This document shows positions 13,186-27,829 of a stretch of 64,000 nucleotides of DNA, in pieces. A program made the translations under genes and the position numbers. The stretch is from Eledone cirrhosa (lineage: Eukaryota). The notes beneath the pieces were generated by a model. That model was not told the DNA's origin and made no database searches. It saw only the letters and a list, made by a program, of their open reading frames with translations. The stretch lies in assembly GCA_964016885.1 (NCBI GenBank), contig OZ024741.1, positions 336,722,001-336,786,000 on the forward strand, read 5' to 3'. Every line of letters starts with the position of its first letter. Position 1 is the stretch's first letter.

Positions 13186-14019
13186 ATCTATTTAGCCTCC
13201 TCCCATTCCATGATTGTTATCATTCCCACTGACCATTCCTATTTTCTGACTTCCTACTGCTATCAACTTGTCCTTAGCAGTGACTGTCTTCTCCTTTCAT
13301 TACACCTTTCTTTCTTTCTTTATTTCCATTGTATTTTTATTATTATTTTATTATTATTACTTTTTTCTTGTTTTTTTTCTTTCTTTTTGATATATAAATA
13401 TATATATTTTTTTTTCCAATCTTCACCTGACATCTACAGTCAGCTGAGTATTATATTATAGGAATTTTTCATTTTTTTTTTTTTTAACTTCTTTGACTCT
13501 GGACTATGGACCATCTGAAAGAGGTATCAACATCTGATATGTTTGTAACCTCTTTTCAAACTACATACCTTGCCAACATATATATATATATATTTCATTT
13601 TAGACATTAAAAATGACCAAAGCATTTCCCTTATCCTCAACTAACACATTATTATGTGTCCTTTCATTCATTCAAGTGTATATATATATATATATATATA
13701 CACTCATATTTTTATTTCACTTTACATATGAGTGTAGTCCTTATAGGCACCAATTCCTCACTCCCTGTCTATATGTACACATACACACACACATATATAT
13801 GTGTATATATGTTTTACAATTACTACAGCTAGTCATTATTGTCAGTTGTATAGCTATAAACTGTCTTTCTATCTATCCTTCAAATATCCATCATTCTATT
13901 TTAGCCAGCCATCCATCTTTCTATCCAATCACTTATCCATCTCTCACTCTAAACATACATACATACATACATACATACATACATACATACATACATACAT
14001 ACATACATACATACATACA

Positions 14020-14053
<34 letters not shown>

Positions 14054-14734
14054 CATAACCCTTAAGATTGCAGTTGTTGAATTCATTTCCTCAACTTTGT
14101 CTATCTATTTATCTATCTATCTGACTATCTACCTATCTCTCTATCTCTACACATACACTCATATATATATATATATATATATATACATGCATATATATAG
14201 CTGTTTATCTATTCTCATATCAATCTATTTTTATATTGATTCGTCCACTAATTCTTCTGTTTATCTATAGCCAATCCATTTATTTATTCCACCATCTATC
14301 TATCTTTCCATTTATTTTCTCCATTTTTCCAACACCCAACCATCTTCTATCAGTGAATATAGCTGCTAATCCATTTGACCATCCATCTCACCACTATTTA
14401 TCCATCTATCTTGCTATTCATATACATATTATTTTTTTAAAATTATCCTTTCTTTTTCTCTCTCTGAATTTATCTATTTATTATTATTTATTTTTCTGTA
14501 TTTCTTCATACAATCGATCTGTTTGTCTACCTATATCCTTATAATTTATTTAACAAAAGTTCAACATAACCTAATGACAGGCTGACTTCGAAGTGGAGGG
14601 AATTGGGTTGGATAATTATTTTCTCAGGAAAATATCAAAACACAAATACGATTTCCTTTTTTTTTCTGTTAATGTGAGAGTGAAGTATTATTATATCAAA
14701 AGTTAAGTTACAGAGAAAATATCTTATGACTTAC

Positions 14735-15575
14735 TGTAACATTTCTACACTTACATTTATTACACTTACATTTACTACACTTACATTTACTACACTTACA
14801 TATACTGCACTTACATGTACTACACTTACATTTATTACACTTACATATACTACACTTACATATACTACACTTACATTTACTACACTTACATATACTACAC
14901 TAACATTTCTACAATTATACTTACTACACTTACATTTACTACATTTACATATACTACACTTGCATCTACTACACTTACATATACTACATTTACATCTACT
15001 ACATTTACTACACTTACATATACTGCGCTTACACTCACTACACTTACATTTATTACACTTACGATGCTTACATTTGCTACATTTACTACACTAACATTTA
15101 TTATACTTACATATACTACATTTACTACACTTACACTTACTACACTAACATCTAGTAAACTAACATTTTCTACACTTACATAGACTAATATTTACTTCAC
15201 TTATATTTACTACACTTACACTTACTACTCTTACACTTACAACACTGACACCTACTACACTTACACCTACTACACCAACACTTACTACACCAACACTTAC
15301 TACACTTACACTTAATATACTTACACCTACTACACTAACACTTACTACAATCACACCTACTACACTTACACTTACACATACTACACTTACACCTGCTACA
15401 CCAACACTTACTACACTTACTTTTACTACGCTTACGTTCGCTACACTTACACTTACACTTACTACACTTACACTTACTACACTAACATTTACTACACTTA
15501 CACTTACTACACTTACACTTACTGCACTAACATTTACTACACTTACACTTACTACACTAACATTTTCTACACTTT
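14735..15575. repeat. 15-bp minisatellite (tactacacttacatt consensus)
   Basis: Direct reading; it produces the TTLTF and VVSVS repeat ORFs. Confidence 0.9.
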
Positions 15576-16725
15576 GTAATAAAGGTTTAAAATGTTGGCA
15601 CAAATCCAACAGTTTTTTTTTTGTGGGTGAGGATGACGGAATTTCTATTATAATGATCCCAATACATAATTGGCTCTTTCTTTTATTGAACTCAAAAGGG
15701 TGAAAGGCAAAGCTGACATTAGTTGGATTTGAACTCAGAATATAAAGGGTTGTAACTAAATGCTACAAATCCTTTTGTCCGACACATTAATGATTCTACC
15801 AACCTACTCCTACCCGTCTTAATATAAATAATAGACATTCTACTTAAACCAGGATAAGCACCAGCCTCAATAGCCTCAGAGATCAAGACAGGCTTTAACC
15901 CTGCAATGGACTGGCATCCTGTCCATTGGGGAGTCTTATACTCTCAGTCACTTCATGCCATGGAAACCAGGATAAGCAGTGGCCTGATAAGCCTCCAGGC
16001 TCAAGACAGATTGTGTACACATACTGCAGTCAATGAACTCAACATCCCTTCCTCTCAAATTGTTGTCTATGTGCCTAAATTAGTAATCAATGTTAATATT
16101 TCAAGGTGACAAAATCATTAGGGTACAGGTATTTGTCCTGACTCTGTGTGCTCTAAGTTTAAATTCCACCGAGGGCAACGTTGCCTTTCATCCTTTAAAC
16201 CTTTCATCCTTTAAACCTTTCATCCTTTAAACCTTTCATCCGATAAATAAAGTACCAGTCCCATACTAGGGATGATTTTTCATGTCTTTCATTCTCTCTC
16301 TTGAAGTAATTGGCTGTGTTTTGATCTAGAGAAGAATGGATTCAGCCATGTTTAAAAAGCCCAAGATATTCCATTAGGAGTTAAGGACCCTTTATCTTAT
16401 TATTTTGATATTAATAAAAATGATGATAATGATGATGAATGTAATGATGATTGTGCTGGTGGTGGGGATAATGGTGTTGGCTGTGGGGATGATGACGATA
16501 ATGGTGGTGGTGGTGGGGATAATAATGATGATGGTGGTTGTCATTTCTTTAACCCTATGCCATAAATATATGAGAAATGGGTTATTTTATCAAATCAAAC
16601 TGCAATATAATTAATTTACTGGTAGTTTTGTTATCAATCCTGGAGGAATGAGAAGTAAAGTATGGCCAGGTGGGATTTGAAATCAGAGGGTAAAGGGTTG
16701 GAATTATATAGCAATACATCTGCCC

Positions 16726-16766
<41 letters not shown>

Positions 16767-16834
16767 ATGATGATGGGTGTGGTAGTGGGACTGATGATGA
16801 TGATGATGATTGTGGTGGTGGTACTGATGATGAT

Positions 16835-18508
16835 AATTGTTTCTACTTTTGGCACAAGGCCAGCAATTATCCAGTGCATTACTGGTACTTTATTTTATCG
16901 ACCCCGTAAGGATGAAAGGCAAAGCTAACCTCGGCCGGATTTGAACTGATGATCATAATGTTTCTAATTTATGATGATTATGGTTGTTGTGGTGGTGGTG
17001 ATGATATGTTTCTAATTTAGGCACAAGGCCAGGATTTTTGAAGGTAAGGGGAAAGTTGATTATATCAACCCAGTACTTTACTGGTATTTTATTTTATTGA
17101 CCTCAGAACAATGAAAGGCAAAGTTGATCTCGGCAGGATTTGAACTCACAACAGAGGACTTTAATGAAATATGGCGACACATTTCATTCAACACCCTAAC
17201 AATTCTATAATAATAGTTTCTGATTTAGGCACAAGACCAGCAATTTGGGGGCAGAGGAAAGTTGATTAAATCGACCACCAGTACATGACTGGTACTTTAT
17301 TTTATCGATCCCGTAAGGATCAAAGGCAAAGCTAATCTCGGCAGAATTTGAACTCAGAACATAACTCTATGCTGCTAAGCATGGTGTCTGACACTCTCCC
17401 AATACTGCCAACCCATAAGGACTAATAATTGTTTCTACTTTTGGCACAAGGCCAGCAATTACCCAGTACATTACTGGTTCTTTATTTTATCGACCCCGTA
17501 AGGATGAAAGGCAAAGTAAACCTCGGCAGGATTTGAACTCAGACCGTAAAGGGACATAACTATACTGGAAAGCATGGCGTCCAACTCTCTACTGATACTG
17601 CCAATCCACCACCACTAATATGACTAATAATAATAATTTTTTCTAGTATAGAGACAAGGCCAGCAATTTGGAAGGAAGACAGTTGACTAAATCAACCTCA
17701 ATATATAACTGGTACTTTATTTTATTGATTTTTGTAGAATGAATGTTTGGTAGAAAGAAATTGAACTCAAAATATAAAGGGACATAACTCAATACACATT
17801 CATGGTTCCAGCAATCTACTACCTAACAATAACAACAAAAATAACAACAATTACAACAATACTTATTATTGTTACTGTTATTATAGTAATAATAGTAATG
17901 ATGGTTTCTGATTTAGGCACAAGGCCAACAATATTGGGGGAGTTGAAAGTCAAATAAATCAACCCCAGTGCATTACTGGTACTTTATTTTATCGACCCCA
18001 TAAAGATGAAAGGCAAGGCTAACATCAGTAGGATTTGAACTCTGAAAATAAAGGGACGTAGCTATATACTGCAAAGCTTATTGTCCAACTCTCTACCGAA
18101 TACTGCCAATCCAAATTATCAATAATAATAATAATTGTTTCTACTTTTGGCACAAGGCCAGCAATTACACCAGTGTATTACTGGTACTTTATTTTATCGA
18201 CCCCGTAAGGATGAAAGGCAAAGTTAACCTCGACGGGATTTGAACTCAAAACATAAAGGGTCATACTCTATGCTGCAATAATAATAATAATGGTTTCTTA
18301 TATAGGAACAAGGCCAGCAATTTTGGGGGAGGGGAAAATCGATTAAATCGACCCAGAGTGTGACTGGTACTTTATTTGATCGACCTCGTAAGGATGAAAG
18401 GCAAAGTTAACATCGGCAGGATTTGAACTCAGATCATAAAGGGGCATAACTCTATGCTGCAAAGCATGGCGTCTGACCTTCTACCGATTCTGCCAATCCA
18501 CCGCCTGC
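16835..18508 (-). mobile_element. Head-to-tail array of ~8 tRNA-derived Nin/Deu-domain SINE copies
   Basis: Repeated unit (minus strand): ggattggcagaatcggtagag..gagttcaaatcc..gaggttaactttgcctttcatccttacggggtcgataaaataaagtaccag..ggccttgtgcc, separated by (AAT)n; the gcctttcatcct..ggtcgataaa core resembles the Deu/Nin domain. Confidence 0.75.
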
Positions 18509-18549
18509 AATAATAATAATAATAATAATAATAGCTGTTGTTGTTATAT

Positions 18550-18772
18550 TAAGGGTAGCAGATTGGCAGAATTATTTAAGAATCAGACATGTTTTGTGGC
18601 ATGTAGTTACAACCCTTTACATTCTGTGTTCAAATCCTGCTAAGGTCAACTTTGCCTTTTATCCTTCTGAAATTGATAAAATAAAGTACCACTAAAGTAC
18701 TGGGGTTGATATAATTGACTTTCTCCTTCCCATAAATTGCTGACCTTGTGCCTAAATCAGAAACTATTATTA
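18550..18772 (+). mobile_element. Nin/Deu-domain SINE copy (opposite orientation to the array)
   Basis: Same unit as the 16835-18508 array. Confidence 0.72.
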
Positions 18773-19387
18773 TTATATTGGAGATCACAATATTGCTTAC
18801 TTACAATTTCTGAATATTTTGAGCAACATTTCTTTTTCTAATTAGTACATTTGTCCAGTCACTCAACTGTGAAGATGATCTATTTTTTACTCATTCAACC
18901 ATGAAATTGATAGAAAGAAGGAATAGAGGAGAGAGATACTAAGTTTTTTTTTAAATATCGTTTTTTTTTCTTTTTTTTTAAGCAATAGAAGAGGTTGCAT
19001 TTTGAAAACAAGAACAATCTCAGTACAATATAAAATAATTTTGATGCTAAATATTAACCCTTTAAATACACAACTACATGTTACAGATTTGTTTATTCTA
19101 ATAATTTTAATGTCTGGAGCACTTACTTGAAGAAGTGTTTCTTCTCTGTCCTAAGAGTTTTTTGATTTATCTAAAACTCTCTCAACGTTCTTTTTATTGT
19201 TTGTTTTGTGTTGTTATTTTTGTAAGAACCTAAGTTAAGTTATACTCCAAGCACCAGCTAAATGAGGAAAAAGTTAGTTATATTACCAAATCCCTCCAAA
19301 TTCTTGTTTATTTTAAAAATAATTTGAAAATCATACACAATGTCTTTCATTAGAAACAGGGTAGCAAAATGGTTAAAGTGTTGATAC

Positions 19388-19780
19388 TTGGATTGGCAGT
19401 ATCGGTAGAGGGTCGGACGCCATGCTTTGACGCAAAGAGTTACGGCCTTTTCTATTATGAGTTCAAATTCCGTCGAGGTTAACTTTGCCTTTCATCCTTA
19501 CGGGGTCGATAAAATAAAGTACCAGTAATACACTGGTTAATTGCTGGCCTTGTGCCAAAAGTAGAAACAATTATAATTTTATATAAAAGGGTGGTGGATT
19601 GGCAGAATCGGTAGAGGATCGGACGCCATGTTTTGCAGCATAGAGTTACGCCGCTTTACGATTTGAGTTCAAATCCCACCGAGGTTAACTTTGGCTTTCA
19701 TCCTTATGGGGTCGATAAAATAATGCACCAGTATTGTACTGGGATAAGTGCTTGCCTTGTGCCAAAAATAGAAACAATTA
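19388..19780 (+). mobile_element. Two tandem Nin/Deu-domain SINE copies
   Basis: Same unit repeated at ~19388 and ~19590. Confidence 0.75.
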
Positions 19781-21199
19781 TAATTTTATATAAAAACCTT
19801 TTCATTATGTCTCAAATACACACTTAATGAAAATGTTATATAACTAAATCCCTCCAAATTCTTAATTGTTTTCAAATTTATTTGAAAATAATAAGCAGTG
19901 TTTTTTGTTAGAAGTATGGTAATAAAGGGGCTAAGTACAATGTTTTGGTAACTTTAAAATCTTTAAAAAATTATGACATTTGAATTTCTTCATTACCATT
20001 GACTTCTGGTGGATTCATAGAGATACCACCACAACGTATAGTATTTCTTGAGCACCTAAACCTGACAGAACCCATTCGTCTCCAAGCTGGACTGCAATCA
20101 ACTTCTTCCAGGGAGAGAAAGAGAATAAAGAAGACTTCCCTCCTCATACAGTACTAGCACATTATCTGTCAACCCCACAACCCAACTTTATCTGTTAAAC
20201 ACCATGGTATTTGAACTTGAAGCACAGAGAGCCAAAACAAATGCTGCAAAACATTCTATTTAATGTCCTAACAATTCTGCAAATTTCCCCACCTTATATC
20301 TGAATTTTCTATACGTTAAAATAAAAATTCAATATATAAATTAAAAACTAATGTATTAGCCTGCCATTTCTGCAAGCATATTCTTGTAATTTGCTTCTGG
20401 CTAGATAAAGATAACTGAAAAAAATCAGGCATCATGATTGTTCTTTTTGGTTGAATAGTTTGAATTAAAAAAATATCCTATGCATCATTTTGTCCTGCAT
20501 TATTTTAAACAAATGTCAAGATTTGAAGAACAATTCAACCCATCCTAACATTTAAAGAAAAACGTTTATACTATTAATCATTTTATTACCATATTTCCAA
20601 TGAAAGATACTACCTATGATTTTCAAATAATTTTAAAATGATCATGAAGTTGAAAAAAATTAGTATTTGGAACATAACTTTACAAAGGTTCTTACATGGA
20701 ATTATGATGGAAGATTTTTATATAAATATAAATATCTAAAAATAATGATAAAGTTATTCGACATGAGAACAACACAAGGTCTGACTTAGTCTCCTAACTC
20801 TTCTTTTGATGAAAGGATTTTATCCTGAAATATTAAGTACTGATTAAACATCTGAAAGGCAACATTTCAACATCTTTTTTATCATTATTTTTAATATTTA
20901 ATGTCCTATTTCCATCACTGTAGCCCTCTAAAACAAACACACTATTTTCTGCATGTTCCACTACACTTCAAGCATGTAATAAGTGAAGAAAAATAGAAAC
21001 TGATTCACTAAGCATTTAAACATTCATAAACAGAAAGATGTTTTGGGGGCAACAAATGAATTTATTAAGTAGAAGTACTTATTACTATGATAAGATATAC
21101 CCAGTACACTCTATTAAGTGGTAGTGCTAATGCTACAATAAAATGCACCCAGTATATTGGGTGGGAGTCAGTTTTTCTTGCTTTTCTACAATCTCATGT

Positions 21200-21640
21200 T
21201 CTACTGTGGACAGGACATATTGTCAAGTCTTTGACACATCTGAAGAGTACTTCCAACCTTTTGTTTGGCAAGATTTCTATAACTGGATGCTTTTCCTATC
21301 ACCAACCATTTTCCAGTGTGTACTGGGTGCATTTATCATATAGATCACCCACACTAGGGAGGTTGCTATGCCTTTGACACAACAGAAGGGTCATCACAAC
21401 CCTTTATTTGGCAAACTTTCTACAGCTGGATGCCTCTCCTATCACCAACACAAGTGAGATCATGTCCTTGACACAACTGAAGGGTCCTCCCAATCCTTTG
21501 TTTGGCAAGCTTTCTATGACCAAATGTCTTTCCTATCATCAACAGAGGGGAGGCCATCGTGTACTTGATACAACTGAAGTGTCCTTCCAACACATTGTTT
21601 GGCAAGCCTTCTATGGCTGGATGCTCTTCCTATCACAAAC
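21200..21640. repeat. Degenerate tandem repeat related to the RTE/SINE 3'UTR (ttgacacaactgaag...ctacagctggatgc...cctatcaccaac)
   Basis: About 4 diverged units sharing ctacagctggatgc with the SINE tails. Confidence 0.55.
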
Positions 21641-21932
21641 CACTCCAATCAAATACTGGATTCGCAATCAATCACATGACTGTTTTACCTCTCCAATCAA
21701 TTAACCAACTTCTTCACCATCTAACAATGCTATGTTCACTGTTTATATCCAATGTTTAAGTATGTCACCTAGATATAATTTAGCTACCATTGCCAAAATG
21801 TCACCTGAGTAGTGAGTTAGTCTTATAGACTTCACTTTAGTGTTGCTCATATTACAAACCACTTTCGGGAATCTTTTATTCCTAATTCTTTGATTCTTTG
21901 GCACTTTACTAGAAGTTCAACTGAACTATATC

Positions 21933-22455
21933 TTTTCGGTGCACTTTATTTAGTATTGACTTTTACACAGCACTCAGTTTCTCCTTTTTCTTCCTCTATA
22001 TAACATGGAGGATGAACGTTCCTGTACATCTGTAATCATCATCAGCATAATGAGCACTTTATACCTATTTTCAGTGCCCCCTCTTCTTCCCCTATAACAT
22101 ATAAAAAACTATTTGCAGAGGCTGAACAGTCTTGTACTCCTATCATCATTATCCTCATCAACATAATCACTTTATGCCTGATTTTTATATTGGCATGGGT
22201 TTGTCACGGTTATTGAGTTCCGAGTGAATTCTTCTTTAGAGTTATTTAGCTAGATGGGTCTAAATCTTGGCATACTTTCTCTGGATAGATGATACTTCTA
22301 TTAACACCAACCATTTTATAGAGTGTACTCAGTGTATGAACTAGGATCTCACCCAATCAGCCATCTCTCATCTCTCTCTGTCACTCAGTCCCTCTCGCTG
22401 TGTCTCTCTCATTCTCTCAAACTATTTGTCTGCCTATCTATCTATCTATTAAATG

Positions 22456-22460
<5 letters not shown>
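21933..22460. repeat. Left arm of a near-identical ~520-bp inverted duplication (partner 28740-29269)
   Basis: The reverse complement matches almost base for base by eye. Confidence 0.88.
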
Positions 22461-22539
<79 letters not shown>

Positions 22540-22645
22540 ATAATATATATATATATATTATATATATATATATTATATATATTATAATATATATATATTA
22601 TATATATATATATTATATATATATATTATATATATATATTATATA

Positions 22646-22704
<59 letters not shown>

Positions 22705-22712
22705 ATTATATA

Positions 22713-22793
<81 letters not shown>

Positions 22794-23049
22794 AATATAT
22801 ATATATTATATATATAAATTATATATATATATAAATTATATATATATATTTTATATATATATAATATATATATATTATATATATAAATTATATATATATA
22901 TAAATTATATATATATATATATATATCAATATATTTATATATATATAAATCAATATATATGCCTCAAGTGGGACTACCCCCGTCCAAACCCATGCAAGCG
23001 TGGAACACGGACGTTAAACGTTGATGATGATGATGATGATGATATATAT

Positions 23050-23082
<33 letters not shown>

Positions 23083-23134
23083 ATATATATATAATATATA
23101 TATATATACATTATATATATATATATATATATAC

Positions 23135-23167
<33 letters not shown>

Positions 23168-23170
<3 letters not shown>

Positions 23171-23361
23171 GAAAAAGTATGACCTCGACGGTAGAGCCCA
23201 AGCCGTTTCGATGGCTATTTCTGGTCTGAAATAGCCGTCGAAACGGCTTGAGCTCTGCCATCGGGGTCATACTTTTTCCTGTTTCCCACTCTACTACCCT
23301 AAGTATTGAGTACTCTGGTGCGTTATGGTCCATCTGGTTCCTTACCACAATTCCTTTGTTA
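23168..23361 (+). mobile_element. Fold-back element family A
   Basis: Homology to 1638-1833; inside (TA)n. Confidence 0.75.
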
Positions 23362-23378
23362 TATATATTTATATATAT

Positions 23379-23422
<44 letters not shown>

Positions 23423-23579
23423 TTTAAAGCGATGAAATACCAATGAAGGTTGGAAAATCACTGACGAAGGACTATTTTTATCATATATAACCCATGTGCA
23501 ACCATGCAGTATTCATTCTTCTCATGTTTTTATATATATATATATATATAATATATATATATAATATATATATAATATA

Positions 23580-23873
23580 CATCATCATCATCATCATCAT
23601 TTCATTTTACGTCCGCTTTTTCCCTGCTTGCAAGGGTGGGACGGGAACTTGATTTCTATTCTACAGCTGGATGCCCTTCCTAACACCAACCTCATTTACA
23701 GTGAGTGCTGGGTGCTTTTTTGCCGTGGCACCTCCACGACCACTTTGCAAACTGGAGCAATGTGAAATAAAGTGTCTTGCTCAAGGAAACAACACATCAC
23801 CCAGTCTGAGATTTGAACTCACAACCTTTCGATTGCAAGGCCAATGCTCTAATCACTAAGTCATGTGCTTCCA
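23580..23873 (-). mobile_element. CORE-SINE copy with internal deletion
   Basis: Same as 2576-2906. Confidence 0.78.
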
Positions 23874-24070
23874 CATCGCTTAGTATATATATATATATAG
23901 TATATATATATATAGTATATATATATATTATATAAATATATATAATATATTTATATATATATAATATATTTATATAATATATTTATATATATATATAGTA
24001 TATATATATATATTATATATATATAATATATATATTTATTATATATATATATATTATATATATATATATA

Positions 24071-25452
24071 TCATCATCATCATCATCATTTTACGTCCGC
24101 TTTTCCCTGCTTGCAAGGGTGGGACGGGTCTTATTCAGCACAGCATCTCTCCACTCGTCACAGTCCTTCGTCATCTCCACCGTGAGATTCAATGATCTGA
24201 GGTCTGTTCTCACCACCTCCACCCTTGTTTTTCGTGGTCTATCTCTGCCACGTCTTCCTTCAACTGGCATTTCCTGGCACTTCTTCATCCATCGGTCATC
24301 CTGCATGCGCATCACATGTCCATACCACCTCAGTCTCCTCTCCCGTACACTACATTCTATCCCTCTCAAACACAATTTCTCTCTCAACACATTTATGCTG
24401 GGTCGTTCACATACATTTAAACTACACATCCAATGGAGCATGCTTGCCTCATTTCTCTCCAGCCGTCGCATATCCTCTGCAGTTGCTGCCCATGTCTCAC
24501 TACCATGCAGCATCACGCTCCTCACACAGGCATCATACAACCGGCCTTTTGTACGCAGGGAGAAACCCCTCTTCGTCAGCAGAGGAAGCAGCTCCCTAAA
24601 CTTCTTCCAACCCGTCCTTATTCTAGATACTTCTCCTGCATTTGAAAAATGTGTCTATCAATGCGACTTCTACTGTCTAATTTCCCTTTACATCTACTGC
24701 ATACATATTTCTCCCTACCAGTTAGTTTGCCTGCTATCCCGCTACATCTCTTGTGTACCCAGGATCTGCATTGTGTGCATTTTATAGAATTTATGCCAGT
24801 TCCTTTTCTACATATCGAACATGGCCATTTCCCTGACGGAATCAGAGTTTTGTCCTCTTTTCTACTCATCAACACTTTTGTCTTAGCTAGGTTCACTCTC
24901 AGTCCTCTTGCTTCCAACTGCTGTTTCCATAGCCAGAATTTATTCTCTAGCTCCTCTCCTGATTCTGCTATAAGAACCAGATCGTCAGCATAGAGAAGTT
25001 CCCATGGACAGCCAGTCTTAAACTCCTCTGTTATGGCTTGGAGGACTATAATGAACAAGAGCGGGCTGAGGACCGAACCTTGATGTACTCCTAACTGTAT
25101 CTGGAATTCCTCACTAAACTCCATTCCTACCATGACTTTACTGAGAGTACCTCTGTACAAAGTTTGCACTGTCCTCACAAGCCATTCCTCAACACCTAGC
25201 TTCCTTAGGGCCCACCAGATGACAGATCAGGGTACCCTATCAAAGGCCTTCTCTAGGTCAACAAAGGCTAAGTATAGTGGCTTATTTTTCTCTAAGAACC
25301 TCTCTTGCAATTGTCTCACCAAGAAGAGGGCATCTGTTGTACTCTTCCCAGGCACAAAACCAAACTGCATCTCATCTAGTTTGACACTTTCTCTAATTAG
25401 TTGTGCTAATATCCTTTCTGCCACTTTCATAACCTGATCTATCAGTTTGATA
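24071..25452 (-). mobile_element. RTE LINE lineage 1 RT fragment, 5'-truncated and disrupted
   Basis: QFGFVPGKSTTDA, FVDLEKAFDRVP, GVHQGSVLSPLLF, LLYADDLVL and RLRWYGHVMR motifs; (GAT)n tail at 24071-24090. Confidence 0.92.
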
Positions 25453-25629
25453 CTTCCATGGGTTAGACGGACTGTTAACGTGGAAGAACGGACGTAAAAC
25501 GGTGATGATGATGATGATGATGTTGATATATATATAATATATATATAATATATATATAATATACATATAATATATATATAAAATATATATAATTTATATA
25601 CAATATATATATATATATATATATATAAT

Positions 25630-27148
25630 ATCATCATCATCATCATCATCATCATCACTGTTTTACGTCCGTTCTTCCACGTTAGCATGGGTTAGACGGG
25701 TTGTCCTGTTGTGGGCAGTGTCTGATCGGCTGACCATGCCTTGCTCATACAGGAACTGATTTGGCTTGATTTCTACAGCTGGATGCCCTTCCTAACACCA
25801 ACCTCATTTACAGTGAGTGCTGAGTGCTTTTTCGTGGCGCCTACACGTCCACTTTACAGTGAGGCCTGGCTTCATTTTTGTCGTGGCAACTCCACGACCA
25901 ACTTGCGGTGGGGGGTGTGGGCGCATATTGTCTATATGCTTCAGCTTGTACCCATGGGGGTGCGGGTACTCTGTTTGGGCGGGTACGCCTTTGAGAGGTG
26001 TAATTGGGTAAGGTCGGTTTTTATCACCTCATCCCAGGTCTTCTTGTGTCTCCCCACTCCGTGGTTTCCATCGACTTCTAGTCTTCTGCACCTTTTTATG
26101 CAGCTGTCATCCTTCATACACATCACATGTCCATACCAGCGCAACCGCCTCTCCTGCACACAGCATTTGATTCCTCTTTTGCTCAGTCTCTCTCTCAATT
26201 CATTTATGCTTTTTCGTTCACGTATATTACTGTTACACATCCATCGGAGCATGCAGGCTTCGTCTCTCTAATCTACGTAAGTCTTCCACCTTCAGCGCCC
26301 AGGTCTCACTACCATGCAACATCGCTGTTCGGATACACGCATCATACAGTCTGCCTTTCATTCTGAGGGAGAAGCCTTTTGCAGCTAGCAGTGGTAGTAG
26401 TTCCCTAAACTTCTTCCATCCCGTTCTTACCCTAGTTATTGTACTTTCTGAACACCCACCTCCGCTGCTAATTCGGTCACCTAGGTAGCAGAAGCTGTCT
26501 ACTCTTTCTGCAGAGCCCTCCCAGAGATTGGTGGTACTTGTTTCCTGTGGCTATTTGCTGCTTGCATGTGAAGCCTACATTCTTAATTAGGCTTCCTGAG
26601 ATCCTGCTACATCTCTTGTGTACCCATTGTTTGCATTTGGGGCAGAGAATGGAGTTCCTACCTACACCTTTCCTACATACTGAGCAAGGCCATTTCCCTG
26701 AGGGGGATCTGGGTTCTGTTTTCTCGTCTACTTACAAGGACCTTAGTCTTTGTCATGTTGACTTTGAGACCCTTTCTTTCTAGTCCCTGCTTCCAAGTTT
26801 GGAATTTCTTCTCTAGTTCTACCATAGATTCAGCTATAAGTGCGAGGTCATCAGCATACAGGAGTTCCCATGGGCATCCGATCTTAAACTCCTCCGTTAT
26901 TGCCTGCAGGACTATGATGAACAGGAGGGGGCTAAGAACAGAGCCCTGGTGGACACCAACCTGTACGCTAAATTCCTCGCTATACTCATTGCTAATCCTA
27001 ACTTTGCTGACTGCTCCCCTATACATGGCTTGTACCGCTTTCACAAGCCATTCATCTACTCCTAGTTTTCTAAGAGCCCACCAGATTACAGCACGTGGAA
27101 CTCTGTCAAAGGCTTTCTCAAGGTCGACAAATGCCAGGTAGAGTGGCT
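25630..27148 (-). mobile_element. RTE LINE lineage 2 RT fragment with 3'UTR, disrupted
   Basis: FVDLEKAFDRVP, QGSVLSPLLF, LLYADDLAL and RLRWYGHV motifs; (GAT)n tail. Confidence 0.92.
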
Positions 27149-27185
27149 TATATATATATATACAATATATATATATTATATATAT

Positions 27186-27221
<36 letters not shown>

Positions 27222-27257
27222 CAATATATATATATTTTATATATATATAATATATAT

Positions 27258-27299
<42 letters not shown>

Positions 27300-27344
27300 A
27301 TATATATATTTTATATATATATAATATATATATATATATACACA

Positions 27345-27812
27345 CTTACACCTCACCAAGACAATGTCACTGGACCGAGACCTTTGGCGGTACTCAGTAA
27401 TAGAGAAGACCCGCCTTACCTAAATACAAAGTAAAACCTACTACAGTCAGTAGGCATCTCTAACAAAATACACCCCCGTCCCACCACCCCCACCCCATCC
27501 ACACCGCCCCCTTCTATGTAAAGTTATGTTGGTGCCACACCATCCAGGCCGAAACAAATGAGATTGTGTAGGTGTCACGACAAAAAAACACACAATCCAC
27601 GCTGTAATGTGGCCGTGTAGGCAACACGGTAAAAACCTCCCAGCCCCACACTGTAAATGTGGTTGGTGTTAGGAAGGGCATCCAACTGTAGAAAACCTGC
27701 CAGACAGTCCTATGCGAGCAAGACAATCACTCTTGCCTCAAGTGGGAAAACCCCCGTCCAAACCCATGCAAGCGTGGAACACGGACGTTAAACGTTAATG
27801 ATGATGATGATG
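27345..27812 (+). mobile_element. RTE LINE lineage 3 3' end
   Basis: Reverse-complement homolog of 4761-5226; (GAT)n tail. Confidence 0.8.
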
Positions 27813-27829
27813 AATATATATATATTTAT

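Noticed and set aside
14726-15609. Thr-rich mucin-like or Val/Ser-rich ORFs
   Set aside because: Products of a 15-bp minisatellite open in several frames; no splice or signal context
23461-23530. CTGACGA hammerhead candidate in a (TA)n-flanked insert
   Set aside because: No matching stem II/GAAA/NUH downstream; at most a fragment
24119-24787. Long antisense ORFs over RTE and Tx1 fragments (also 991-1590, 31460-32008, 42215-42847)
   Set aside because: Shadow frames of LINE coding sequence
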